Positions 10,151-18,422 of a stretch of 64,000 bases of DNA are shown in pieces. The position numbers and the translations under genes were made by a program. Origin of the DNA: an uncultured Gammaproteobacteria bacterium. GTDB lineage: Bacteria > Patescibacteriota > Patescibacteriia > Patescibacteriales > UBA12465. The DNA is taken from contig CAZXEE010000002.1 in the NCBI GenBank assembly GCA_964639785.1, positions 79,273 through 143,272 on the forward strand, written 5' to 3'. The notes beneath the pieces were generated by a model, which was given only the letters and a program-made list of their open reading frames with translations, was not told the DNA's origin and made no database searches. The number at the start of each line of letters is the position of its first letter. Within the stretch, counting starts at the first letter, position 1.

Positions 10151-10181
10151 TTGCGGAGAGGGGGGGGTAATATGGTATAAT
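10151..10181 (+). promoter_or_regulatory. Predicted promoter TTGCGG, 19-nt spacer, TG-extended TATAAT, with a G8 homopolymer in the spacer
   Basis: ttgcgg at 10151-10156, G8 at 10160-10167, tggTATAAT at 10173-10181. Located 40 nt upstream of the pilin-FISUMP ATG. Confidence 0.45.
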
Positions 10182-10220
10182 AAGGATATTAATAAAAGTT
10201 AAATATTATTTTGTTTTCAT

Positions 10221-11414
10221 ATGAAATCTTCCAAGAAAGCTTTTACTCTCATTGAACTTTTAGTGGTTATAGCCATCATCGGTATCTTGGCAACTATTTC
10301 GGTTGTCGCTTTCCAGAATGCTCGGGCTAAGGCCAGGGATGCCAAGAGAATTGCTGATGCCAAGCAGATGCAGACGGCTTTGGAAATGTTCTTTAATGAT
10401 CAAAATCGTTTTCCGACTGCCGCTGAATTTAATTCCGGTTCTTTAACCATCGGCGACAAGGTGTATATGATGAATCTGCCGGTTGCTCCGACTCCAGCTG
10501 ATGGCAATTGTGATAATGTTTCCAATCAGTTCAGTTATACCGTTGATTCGGCCGGGACTTCATTTACTTTGTCATATTGCCTGGGTAGCAAAACCGGAGC
10601 CCTGGATGGCGGACCGAAATGTCTGACTCGTGATGGTTTTTCTAATTCAGCTTGCGGTGCTAGCGCTTGTACGGCTAATTGTAGCGGTAAGTGTAGCGGT
10701 AGCGATGGCTGTGGTGGAACTTGTCCAGATAATTGTACTGGCGGACAGGTGTGTGTCAGTGGAACTTGTGCCACGCCTCAAGCTTGCGGTGAACAAGTGA
10801 CTATCACTTCTTTAGCTGGTCATACTTGTAATACTGGAGCTCCAGATTATGATACTTGTACTTATAATACTGTACAAATTGGCACTCAATGTTGGATGAC
10901 GAAGAATATGAATGTCGGCAGTATTGTAGCCGGTGCTACTAATCAGACCAATAACAGCACTTTGGAAAAATATTGTTATAATGACTCTTATGGCAATTGC
11001 CAAACCGAAGGAGCTCTTTACCAGTGGGATGAAGCTATGCAATACTCTGTGACTGAGTTAGCTCAAGGAATTTGTCCTGATGGCTGGCATATTCCAACTG
11101 ATGCCGAACAAAATACCCTCGATCAATATCTAAATGACACTACTTGTAATGCTAATCGTATCGGAGCCTGGGACTGTGCTAACGCGGGAACTAAATTACA
11201 GGCTGGAGGCACTTCTCATTTTGAAGGCCTCTTAGCCGGCTTCCGCAATACCAATGGGTCGTTCTACGATCAAGGGACGCACGCGCTCTTCTGGTCATCG
11301 TCTGTTAGTGGACCGGATGCTTGGAATCGGACCTTGGGCACTGGCCGCCCGACCGTTAACCGCAATCGTTTTGACCGAGCCTACGGCTTTTCTGTGCGTT
11401 GTCTTCAGGATTAA
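10221..11414 (+). CDS. Pilin-headed fusion protein: prepilin N-terminus + Cys-rich linker + FISUMP (Fibrobacter succinogenes major paralogous, TIGR02145-type) domain
   Basis: MKSSKKA|FTLIELLVVIAIIGILA. Linker CGASACTANCSGKCSGSDGCGGTCPDNCTGGQVCVSGTC. C-terminus VQIGTQCWMTKNMNVG...ALYQWDEAM...CPDGWHIPTDAEQNTL...GFSVRCLQD. Confidence 0.85.
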   Translation: MKSSKKAFTLIELLVVIAIIGILATISVVAFQNARAKARDAKRIADAKQMQTALEMFFNDQNRFPTAAEFNSGSLTIGDKVYMMNLPVAPTPADGNCDNVSNQFSYTVDSAGTSFTLSYCLGSKTGALDGGPKCLTRDGFSNSACGASACTANCSGKCSGSDGCGGTCPDNCTGGQVCVSGTCATPQACGEQVTITSLAGHTCNTGAPDYDTCTYNTVQIGTQCWMTKNMNVGSIVAGATNQTNNSTLEKYCYNDSYGNCQTEGALYQWDEAMQYSVTELAQGICPDGWHIPTDAEQNTLDQYLNDTTCNANRIGAWDCANAGTKLQAGGTSHFEGLLAGFRNTNGSFYDQGTHALFWSSSVSGPDAWNRTLGTGRPTVNRNRFDRAYGFSVRCLQD

Positions 11415-11417
11415 TTC

Positions 11418-11444
11418 GACTATTTTGACTATTTTGACTATTTT
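11418..11444 (+). repeat. Tandem 9-bp repeat (gactatttt) x3
   Basis: gactatttt gactatttt gactatttt begins 4 nt after the pilin-FISUMP stop. It encodes TIL-TIL-TIF in the PAP2 frame. Confidence 0.9.
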
Positions 11445-11823
11445 TCCGCTCTTGTTATCGATACTCAGTTCAGAAGCTGTGACTTTTTTAGGGAAGTGGT
11501 ACTTCCAAAGATCCCGACCGTCAGCATCGGTCTTCTCGGAGACCGGCTTTTCTTTTCCTAGCGGCCATGCGACTATCGCCGTTTCTTTCTTTGGCTTCTT
11601 GGCCTTTATGATTCTAAGGCTTAATAACGGCCGGAGGTCAGCATTAGTTTATTCTATTACGGCGTTAATAGTCTTTATGATCGGTTTGGCTAGGATCTAT
11701 CTGAGGGCTCATTATTTGAGCGATGTTTTGATCGGTTTTGTTGTTGGTCTTGGCGGTTTACTTTTGGGAGCGGCTTGGACTGATAGGTTGCTTTTAAATG
11801 GAAAGGATGCTAAAAAAGTTTGA
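11425..11823 (+). CDS. PAP2-family phosphatase, apparently N-terminally truncated (possible pseudogene; start uncertain, TTG candidates at 11425, 11434 and 11452)
   Basis: All three PAP2 motifs are present: KWYFQRSRP, PSGH and ARIYLRAHYLSD. Only one helix precedes motif 1, and the only in-frame ATGs lie inside the upstream pilin gene. Confidence 0.5.
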   Translation: MTILTIFPLLLSILSSEAVTFLGKWYFQRSRPSASVFSETGFSFPSGHATIAVSFFGFLAFMILRLNNGRRSALVYSITALIVFMIGLARIYLRAHYLSDVLIGFVVGLGGLLLGAAWTDRLLLNGKDAKKV

Positions 11824-11869
11824 CCTTTTTGGCTATTCCAGCTAAAATTAGCTAATAAATACTAATACT

Positions 11870-13036
11870 ATGAAAACCTTTCGCTTGTCATTGTTGGCTA
11901 TCTCCCTCAGCTTCTTATTTGCTGTTCCGGCTTTAGCTTTTCCGGAATCTAACCTTTCCAGCCGTCTCAGCGGTCGGATACTTTTGGATGTCGATAATCG
12001 GGGTGAGGCTTGGTATGTTTATCCGGGTGATTTTCATCGCTATTATCTCGGCACTCCGGATGATGCCTATACTCTCATGAAGAATCTGTCTTTGGGGGTT
12101 TCCAATGAGAATTTTTCTAAAATAGCCAGCAGTACCTCAGACAGGTTTAAAGGAATGATTCTTCTCAAGCCAGAAGATGCCGGCCGAGCTTATTATGTCA
12201 ATCCTTTAGATAAGTCCTTGAATTATATGGCCAGTTCATCTGATGTTTTGGCTGTGATGCGCCAGTTTGCTCTGGGAATCACTAATAGTGATCTGAAGAC
12301 TATCCCAGTCGGAGAGATAATCTTGGATGAATCCGGTCGTGAAACATCTCGGAAATGGCAATATCTGGGTTGGTGGGGAAAGATCAATGCGAATTATGTC
12401 CCGGTTAAGTCAGAGCCTAGGAATGACGCCAAGAAGCTGGGGACTTTCTTTATCGGGAATGATGTGAAGGTTTTAGGAATCAAGAAGGGCGATGGACGGA
12501 TCTGGTACCAGATCGATGGCGGCCAATATCCTGGAGCTTATCTTGATTCATTATTCGTCAGTGCGATGGCGCAGCCGGTGCCGGAACAGAAGCCTGTTTT
12601 GCCAGCCAAAGTCAAGCCGGGGGATTATTGGATAGATGTTAATATTTCTAAAAAAGTTTTGACTTTATATAAAGGGGAAGAAGCGGTTATGGCTACTTAT
12701 ATCTCAGTTGGGAATAGGAAAACCCCGACTTTAGCCGGATCCTATAACGTCTGGTTGAAAGCGAAGAAGATCAGGATGACCGGAGCACCACCGCTTGCTA
12801 CTCATGAATATGATCTGCCTGATGTCCCTTGGGTGATGTTTTATAAAGGATCGTATTCGGTGCATGGGACGTATTGGCATGATGATTTCGGATCGGAACG
12901 CAGTGCTGGTTGTACTAATGTGACTCAAGGCGATGCAAAATTTATTTTTGAAATGACCAGTCCAAAAATCGGGGAGACTAATCTGGTCCGTTCATCGGTA
13001 ATTAATCCTGGTGTCGTAGTTAATAATCATTATTAA
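11870..13036 (+). CDS. Secreted L,D-transpeptidase (YkuD domain) with two GEAWY modules and an SH3b-like segment
   Basis: Signal peptide ...AVPALA|FP. YkuD catalytic region SVHGTYWHDDFGSERSAGCTNV. N-terminal repeats GRILLDVDNRGEAWYVYP... Confidence 0.85.
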   Translation: MKTFRLSLLAISLSFLFAVPALAFPESNLSSRLSGRILLDVDNRGEAWYVYPGDFHRYYLGTPDDAYTLMKNLSLGVSNENFSKIASSTSDRFKGMILLKPEDAGRAYYVNPLDKSLNYMASSSDVLAVMRQFALGITNSDLKTIPVGEIILDESGRETSRKWQYLGWWGKINANYVPVKSEPRNDAKKLGTFFIGNDVKVLGIKKGDGRIWYQIDGGQYPGAYLDSLFVSAMAQPVPEQKPVLPAKVKPGDYWIDVNISKKVLTLYKGEEAVMATYISVGNRKTPTLAGSYNVWLKAKKIRMTGAPPLATHEYDLPDVPWVMFYKGSYSVHGTYWHDDFGSERSAGCTNVTQGDAKFIFEMTSPKIGETNLVRSSVINPGVVVNNHY

Positions 13037-13045
13037 TCTTATTTT

Positions 13046-13462
13046 ATGGAATATCGCAAATTTCAGACTCAGAGATTCTGGTGGCATCTGGTCTCAGCTC
13101 CTTTTATCTGGTTGCCGCTTATAGCATTACTTATCTTGGATATCATGGTGGAAATTTATCATCAGATTTGCTTCCCAATCTATGGAATAGAAAGGGTCAA
13201 GAGATCCCAATATGTCCAGGTTATGGATAGGAACCGTCTGCAATATCTTGATCCGCTGGAAAAGATCGGCTGTATGTATTGCGGCTATGCCAACGGCGTG
13301 CTGCTTTATTTCAAAGAAATCGCTGGTCGGACGGAAAAATATTGGTGCGGTATCATGCATCAGGCCAAGCCGGGCTTCAAGGTCCAGGCTCATCAGGTAA
13401 AAGCTGACTTCGCCACTTATGGCGATCAGGCTGATTTTGATCGGAAATATCCGTTAAAGTAA
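13046..13462 (+). CDS. Hypothetical membrane protein (conserved-looking Cys motif CMYCGYANG...YWCGIMH)
   Basis: 138-aa ORF with one TM helix (WLPLIALLILDIMVEIY). A terminator follows. I did not recognise a family. Confidence 0.5.
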   Translation: MEYRKFQTQRFWWHLVSAPFIWLPLIALLILDIMVEIYHQICFPIYGIERVKRSQYVQVMDRNRLQYLDPLEKIGCMYCGYANGVLLYFKEIAGRTEKYWCGIMHQAKPGFKVQAHQVKADFATYGDQADFDRKYPLK

Positions 13463-13479
13463 TAGTTTTGAATGTTTTT

Positions 13480-13520
13480 AGCGCATCTCGGATTAGTCCA
13501 GGATGCGCTTTATTTTTTTT
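13480..13520 (+). terminator. Rho-independent terminator
   Basis: agcgcatc (13480-13487) / gatgcgct (13502-13509), followed by a T run at 13510-13520. Confidence 0.8.
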
Positions 13521-13548
13521 GACACCAAAAGAGAAAAAATGCTATAAT
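13519..13548 (+). promoter_or_regulatory. Predicted promoter TTGACA, 18-nt spacer, TG-extended TATAAT, for the signalling operon
   Basis: ttgaca at 13519-13524 and tgcTATAAT at 13540-13548. Confidence 0.6.
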
Positions 13549-13583
13549 TTAAGGATAAAATATGTATTTTTAATTATTTTTTT

Positions 13584-14795
13584 ATGTCTCCAAAAAGTAA
13601 CGATCCGGTTCCAGGAATCTCAGCTAATGAGTTGGACCAGACTAGGGATGTTTATCGTTCCCTCCAAGAAAAATTAGAATATCTGTTCGATTCCTTAGCG
13701 CGAGAAAAGATCAATTTGGAGTTGCAGATGATTGAAGCCAAGAAATTCAAATTAGCCGTGGATAGCGCTTCGGATAATATTATCATTACTGATTCCATGG
13801 GAACTATCTTTTATATCAATAAGGCGACAGAGAGGAATACCGGCTATACTTTTGAAGAAGCAGTGGGAAAGAATCCAGGGGAACTGTGGGGTGGAAAAAT
13901 GGACAAGACTTACTATGCTGAGATGTGGAATAAGATCAAAGTTAAGAAAGAAGTCTTCGTCGGCCAGTTTAACAATGTCCGCAAGAACGGAGAGCAGTAT
14001 GTGGCAGCCGTTGATATCTCTTCGGTTTTAGATGAGTATGGCGAGATATTATTTTTTGTTTCTATTGAGAGGGATATTACTCGTGAGATGGCGATTGAAC
14101 GCATGAAGGATGAATTCGTGGGCTTAGCTTCGCATCAATTGAGAACTCCGTTAACCGGTATCAAATGGTTTTCTGAGTTATTAATCCGCAACAAGTATCA
14201 GAATCTTAACCAAGAACAGCTCGATTTCTTGGAACAGATTAAGATTTCCAACCAGCGCATGATCAAATTAGTTAATGAATTATTGGATATTTCCCATATT
14301 GAGACTGGACAGAAGTTTGAGATCAAGAAAGTTGATCTGAAGGTTAATGACGTTATCAATGAGGTTTTGACTGAGAATATTTCTTTGATTAAGACGAAGA
14401 ATTTGAATATTATCAACAAAATCCCTGATAATTTGTTAATTTTTGCCGATTATGTTAAAATGAGACAAGTTCTATCGAATCTGATCAGCAATGCCAGCAA
14501 ATATACTTCAGAAGGCAAGGATATTACCATTGATACGACTACCGATACTGCCAAAGGAATGGTGATAATCTCGGTGGCTGATCAGGGAATGGGAATTCCG
14601 GCGACTCAGAAAAGCCGTTTATTTGAGAAGTTTTTTCGGGCTGACAATGCTCGTATCCAAGAACCTAATGGCACCGGCTTAGGATTATATATCGCTCGAG
14701 AATTGATGCGAGCCCATGGCGGCGATATGTGGTTTGAGACCGAGGAGAACAAGGGAACTAAGTTTTCATTTTCACTTCCAATTAAGATTAATTAA
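13584..14795 (+). CDS. Cytoplasmic PAS-domain sensor histidine kinase
   Basis: No TM helix. PAS region (IIITDSMGTIFYINKATERNTGYTFEEAVGKNPGELW). H-box LASHQLRTPLT, N box ISNASKYT, G boxes DQGMGIP and GTGLGLYIA. Confidence 0.9.
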   Translation: MSPKSNDPVPGISANELDQTRDVYRSLQEKLEYLFDSLAREKINLELQMIEAKKFKLAVDSASDNIIITDSMGTIFYINKATERNTGYTFEEAVGKNPGELWGGKMDKTYYAEMWNKIKVKKEVFVGQFNNVRKNGEQYVAAVDISSVLDEYGEILFFVSIERDITREMAIERMKDEFVGLASHQLRTPLTGIKWFSELLIRNKYQNLNQEQLDFLEQIKISNQRMIKLVNELLDISHIETGQKFEIKKVDLKVNDVINEVLTENISLIKTKNLNIINKIPDNLLIFADYVKMRQVLSNLISNASKYTSEGKDITIDTTTDTAKGMVIISVADQGMGIPATQKSRLFEKFFRADNARIQEPNGTGLGLYIARELMRAHGGDMWFETEENKGTKFSFSLPIKIN

Positions 14796-14817
14796 GATAA
14801 CTTAAAAATCTAAATAT

Positions 14818-15189
14818 ATGAGAAAAAAAATTCTTATCGTTGAAGATGACGTGTTATTGGTCAAGGCGATCAGCTATGAATTCGAGCAGGAAAATTTCGA
14901 AGTTTTTACTGCTGGAAACGGAGAAGATGGCTTGGCTATGGCCGAACAGCATTTGCCTGATTTGATCTTGGCTGATATCAATATGCCGAAGATGGATGGC
15001 TTGGCTATGCTTAAAGCTTTGAGAGCGACTGAATGGGGCAAGGATATACTGGTTATCATGTTAACCAATTATAGTGATGAACAGAGAGTGCTCGAGGCTT
15101 TATCCCAGAAGGCTTTCTACTATTTGGTAAAGAGTGATTGGGATTTATCTCAGATCGTTGCCAAGGTTAAAGAGAAGCTGGGCAGCTAA
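14818..15189 (+). CDS. Receiver-only (CheY-like) response regulator
   Basis: ILIVEDD...LILADINMPKMDG...IMLTN...YLVKS. 123 aa with no output domain. Confidence 0.9.
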   Translation: MRKKILIVEDDVLLVKAISYEFEQENFEVFTAGNGEDGLAMAEQHLPDLILADINMPKMDGLAMLKALRATEWGKDILVIMLTNYSDEQRVLEALSQKAFYYLVKSDWDLSQIVAKVKEKLGS

Positions 15190-15211
15190 TTAATTTTTAA
15201 CGATTAATAAT

Positions 15212-15955
15212 ATGGGAGACGAAGAAATCAAAGAACTAAATATCAGCAATGATGGCAGTTATCCTTTACATGAAGCGGTCCAGAGAGGAGATATTGAATT
15301 AGTGGCTGACTTGATCAAGAACGGTGCTGATATCAATGACCGTAATCAGGATGGCACTACAGCTTTGATGTTGGCGGCTCGTTTTGGCCAGATCGATATT
15401 GTCGACCTGTTGATCAAGAGCGGAGCCAACGTTAACATGAAAGATAATAATGGCTCAAATGCTTTAATTTTTGTAGCTTTCAATGGCAAGATAGAGATCG
15501 TCAAGATGTTGATCGCTGCCGGTGTCATATTGGATGAATCGTCTCGTCCTGGTGATTTTTCTTCCGTTTTTGCTTCCCAAAGAGCTTTAGTGTTTGCCGC
15601 CCAGAATGGCCACAGCGATATTGTGGGTTTATTAATCAAGAATGGCGTGGATGTTAATGGTCGCAGCCGGAATGGTTTGACGGCTTTAATGGCAGCTGCT
15701 CGCAATAATCATCTGGATACCGTTAAATTGTTGGTGCAATCCGGAGCCGATGTCAATTATAAATCTACTAATGGCACCACAGCTTTGATCAAGGCGGTTC
15801 AGGATGAACACTTAGAAATCGTCAAGTTTTTGGTTGAGAATAAGGCTGATGTCAATGCTGAGAATGAATATCATTCCAGCGCTCTGACTATCGCTCGCAA
15901 TAACCATTATGATGAGATTGAAAAATTATTAGTTGAAGCGGGAGCCAAGAAATAA
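15212..15955 (+). CDS. Ankyrin-repeat protein (about 7 repeats)
   Basis: Repeated G-x-TALMxAAxxGHxxIVxLLIxxGADVN units throughout. No signal peptide. Confidence 0.9.
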   Translation: MGDEEIKELNISNDGSYPLHEAVQRGDIELVADLIKNGADINDRNQDGTTALMLAARFGQIDIVDLLIKSGANVNMKDNNGSNALIFVAFNGKIEIVKMLIAAGVILDESSRPGDFSSVFASQRALVFAAQNGHSDIVGLLIKNGVDVNGRSRNGLTALMAAARNNHLDTVKLLVQSGADVNYKSTNGTTALIKAVQDEHLEIVKFLVENKADVNAENEYHSSALTIARNNHYDEIEKLLVEAGAKK

Positions 15956-15968
15956 TAAATGAAATTTT

Positions 15969-16358
15969 ATGAAAATCTTAGTAATCGACAATGATGCTAG
16001 TATCGGCATAACCATCAAGGCTGCGTTAGGCTTAAATGCTTCTTATGAAGTGGTGGTAGTCTTAAGCGCTAAGGCCGGATTGGAAGAAATGAAGAAAAAC
16101 GAATATAGCTTAGTTTTGATCGACTTTATGATGCCGGAAATCAATGGCGTTGAATTATGCAAGATGATGGCTGCTGATGAGAAGCTGAAAAACATCCCAG
16201 TCATCTTGATTTCTGCTTTGCCGATAGCTTCCGATGTTTTTCAAAAATCAAATGGTAATTTTAATGAAATCAGCGTAGTCAAAGGTCTTTTGGAAAAACC
16301 ATTCAGCGTTTCCGATTTATTAGGAAGAGTGGAGACGGTTTTGAACATGAATAAATAA
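15969..16358 (+). CDS. Receiver-only (CheY-like) response regulator
   Basis: ILVIDND...LVLIDFMMPEING...VILISA...LEKPF. 129 aa with no output domain. Confidence 0.85.
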   Translation: MKILVIDNDASIGITIKAALGLNASYEVVVVLSAKAGLEEMKKNEYSLVLIDFMMPEINGVELCKMMAADEKLKNIPVILISALPIASDVFQKSNGNFNEISVVKGLLEKPFSVSDLLGRVETVLNMNK

Positions 16359-16372
16359 TTTATACTTTATCT

Positions 16373-17716
16373 ATGGAAGAAGTCATTCGTTTCTTTTCAA
16401 TGAAGGTCACTAAGAAGATAATTCCGGTTCTATTGCTTTTGACTTATTTTGCAATCGTTGTCTGGTTCATCTTGCGATATTCTTATCCGCCTCAATCTTA
16501 TTTCTTGATCCTATTCTTCTTATTTTCTAATTTTCCTTCCGCTTTCTTAATAACTTCTAAGAAGAGCGATAAAGAGCTTTTAAACGAATTGAGAAACACT
16601 GAAAAAGCTCTGCAGACTACTTATAAGCATTGGGATAGTCTATTAAGCTTGTTGCCTCAGGCTGTTTTTGGTTATGCTAACAATGAAAAAGGCAATATCT
16701 TGTTCGTGAATGATTTCGGTATCAAATTATTCGGTTATGATGATTTGGATGATTTTAAGCGGATGGGATACTTAGATATCTTTGATAGTTCCCAGAAAGC
16801 GAAGATCATAGCTGAAAGAGACGGCTTGATCGAGACGAAGAGCACGGCTATCAGCGAATATGTCGGCTTGAAGAAGGATGGGACCAGATTCCCGGTAGCC
16901 CTTTATTCCACTCCGATTATGGATTCGGACAACAAGGTGTCTGGCGTCTTAGGTATCTTGATTGATTTATCTGAAATCAAGCGTTTTAAGGACACAATTG
17001 ACCAGCTCCATAGTTTGGATAAGGCTAAGGATGACTTCTTGAATATCGCCGCTCATGAACTTAAGACCCCGTTGACTTCTATCTTGGTGGTCAGTGAAAT
17101 TTTGAAGGCCAAGTCCAAGACTATGGGCGATGGCGAGATTATCAAGGATGTCGACCTGGTCTTCGGTGAGGCTGAACGTCTCAAGAAGATTGTTGATCAG
17201 ATTTTGACGGCTACCAGATTTGAAAACAAACATGTCGTCGTCAAGAATGAAACCTTTGATCTGATCTCATTGATCAAGAATCATTTTATCGTCTTGAAAT
17301 CTTTGACTGAACCTCGTAAGAGCCATATTGAGCTGGATATTACAGGCGGTGAAGAGCAGGCCTTGGTTAGTGCTGATCCGGATAAATTGTTGGAGGTTTT
17401 GAATAATTTTGTAGATAATGCCGTTAAATATGGAACTCCGGGCCAGACAATTATCGTCAGGACGACGATTTCCGCCGGGGAAGTGAAAGTGGAGATCATT
17501 GATCAGGGTGTTGGCATTGAACCGGACAAGATTGGCCGGATGTTCTCGAAGTTCAGTCAATTGGAGAATTCTTTCTCTCGAACTCAGGAGGGTATCGGAC
17601 TAGGTCTCTATATCAGCCGGTTGATTATTGAATCATACAAAGGCCATGTTGGCGTTAATAGCGTCTTGCAGAAAGGTAGCACCTTCTATTTCTCTTTGCC
17701 ATTAATTAAATCATAA
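16373..17716 (+). CDS. Membrane-bound PAS-domain sensor histidine kinase
   Basis: Two N-terminal TM helices, a PAS region, H-box IAAHELKTPLT, and boxes VDNAVKYG, DQGVGIE and GIGLGLYIS. Confidence 0.9.
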   Translation: MEEVIRFFSMKVTKKIIPVLLLLTYFAIVVWFILRYSYPPQSYFLILFFLFSNFPSAFLITSKKSDKELLNELRNTEKALQTTYKHWDSLLSLLPQAVFGYANNEKGNILFVNDFGIKLFGYDDLDDFKRMGYLDIFDSSQKAKIIAERDGLIETKSTAISEYVGLKKDGTRFPVALYSTPIMDSDNKVSGVLGILIDLSEIKRFKDTIDQLHSLDKAKDDFLNIAAHELKTPLTSILVVSEILKAKSKTMGDGEIIKDVDLVFGEAERLKKIVDQILTATRFENKHVVVKNETFDLISLIKNHFIVLKSLTEPRKSHIELDITGGEEQALVSADPDKLLEVLNNFVDNAVKYGTPGQTIIVRTTISAGEVKVEIIDQGVGIEPDKIGRMFSKFSQLENSFSRTQEGIGLGLYISRLIIESYKGHVGVNSVLQKGSTFYFSLPLIKS

Positions 17717-17727
17717 AATATATTCAT

Positions 17728-18054
17728 ATGAATGAAGAATGTATCTATGGAGTAAATTTAAATTCAGAGATTACGCCCGTTATGGTGCGTGATGCTATCG
17801 TGGAATGTTTTTTCAAGGCCCATTGTATCGATTCCGGTTTGGGCGAAGGTGACCCAAGTTCGGTTAAGAAGTATTGTTCCGATCTGATAGTTGAAGCTTT
17901 TGCTAAGACTGGTGGCGATTTCAATAATCCTACCAAAGACTCGATCTTCAATGTTCTGGGCCAGTTGGCTGAGTTTTCTAAGAATTTCCGTGATCCTTCG
18001 GTTATCCGGAAACATTATAACGAAATCATGCGCTTGGTAGAGCGCTTGCCTTAA
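17728..18054 (+). CDS. Small cytoplasmic protein of unknown function, paralog A (108 aa)
   Basis: Roughly 30% identical to the next ORF. Shared motifs VRDA-x4-CF-x3-HC-x-[DN]-[ST]-GL, YC, and NPTK/HPTK. 11-nt gap after the kinase gene. Confidence 0.7.
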   Translation: MNEECIYGVNLNSEITPVMVRDAIVECFFKAHCIDSGLGEGDPSSVKKYCSDLIVEAFAKTGGDFNNPTKDSIFNVLGQLAEFSKNFRDPSVIRKHYNEIMRLVERLP

Positions 18055-18077
18055 TATTTTTTAACCAATCTTTTTAT

Positions 18078-18398
18078 ATGGAAACTGTTTGCGTAGTAAG
18101 CATCATCGAGCCGGTGACTGTCAACATTGTTCGCGATGCCTTGTCTTCCTGCTTTAACCAAGTCCATTGTTCTAATACCGGGTTAGAGGGGGCTGATTCT
18201 AAAACCTTGAACAGCTATTGCGTGGAAATAGTTAAGAAAACATTTTCCGACTTAGGTTTAGATTATCAGCATCCGACTAAAGAGGATTTGATAAAGGCTA
18301 ATGATGCTTTGACTAATTTTGCTAAGAAGTTCCATGACGAGAAGACTATTCAAGAATATTCGGGGAAAATTACTGGATTGATTAGCCGTTTATCGTAA
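18078..18398 (+). CDS. Small cytoplasmic protein of unknown function, paralog B (106 aa)
   Basis: Paralog of 17728-18054. It is the last gene before the terminator. Confidence 0.7.
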   Translation: METVCVVSIIEPVTVNIVRDALSSCFNQVHCSNTGLEGADSKTLNSYCVEIVKKTFSDLGLDYQHPTKEDLIKANDALTNFAKKFHDEKTIQEYSGKITGLISRLS

Positions 18399-18422
18399 TA
18401 TTTTCCAGCTAGATAAAATAGG

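Noticed and set aside
9825-10170. ORFs 9825-10124 (-) and 9883-10170 (+), and GTTCGA-containing stretches near 10005 and 10110 that resemble tRNA T-loops.
   Set aside because: The ORFs overlap tRNA-Ser and its terminator and have no coding signature. The sequences flanking the GTTCGA motifs are not complementary, so no T-arm or cloverleaf can be drawn.
11254-11424. The ORF-track N-terminal extension of the PAP2 ORF (start at 11254).
   Set aside because: It overlaps the well-supported pilin-FISUMP gene by 161 nt in another frame, and it encodes non-hydrophobic sequence unlike PAP2 N-termini.
13468-13677. 69-aa ORF overlapping the terminator, the promoter and the 5' end of the first histidine kinase.
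   Set aside because: It spans regulatory signals and overlaps a well-supported gene. Its composition is low-complexity.
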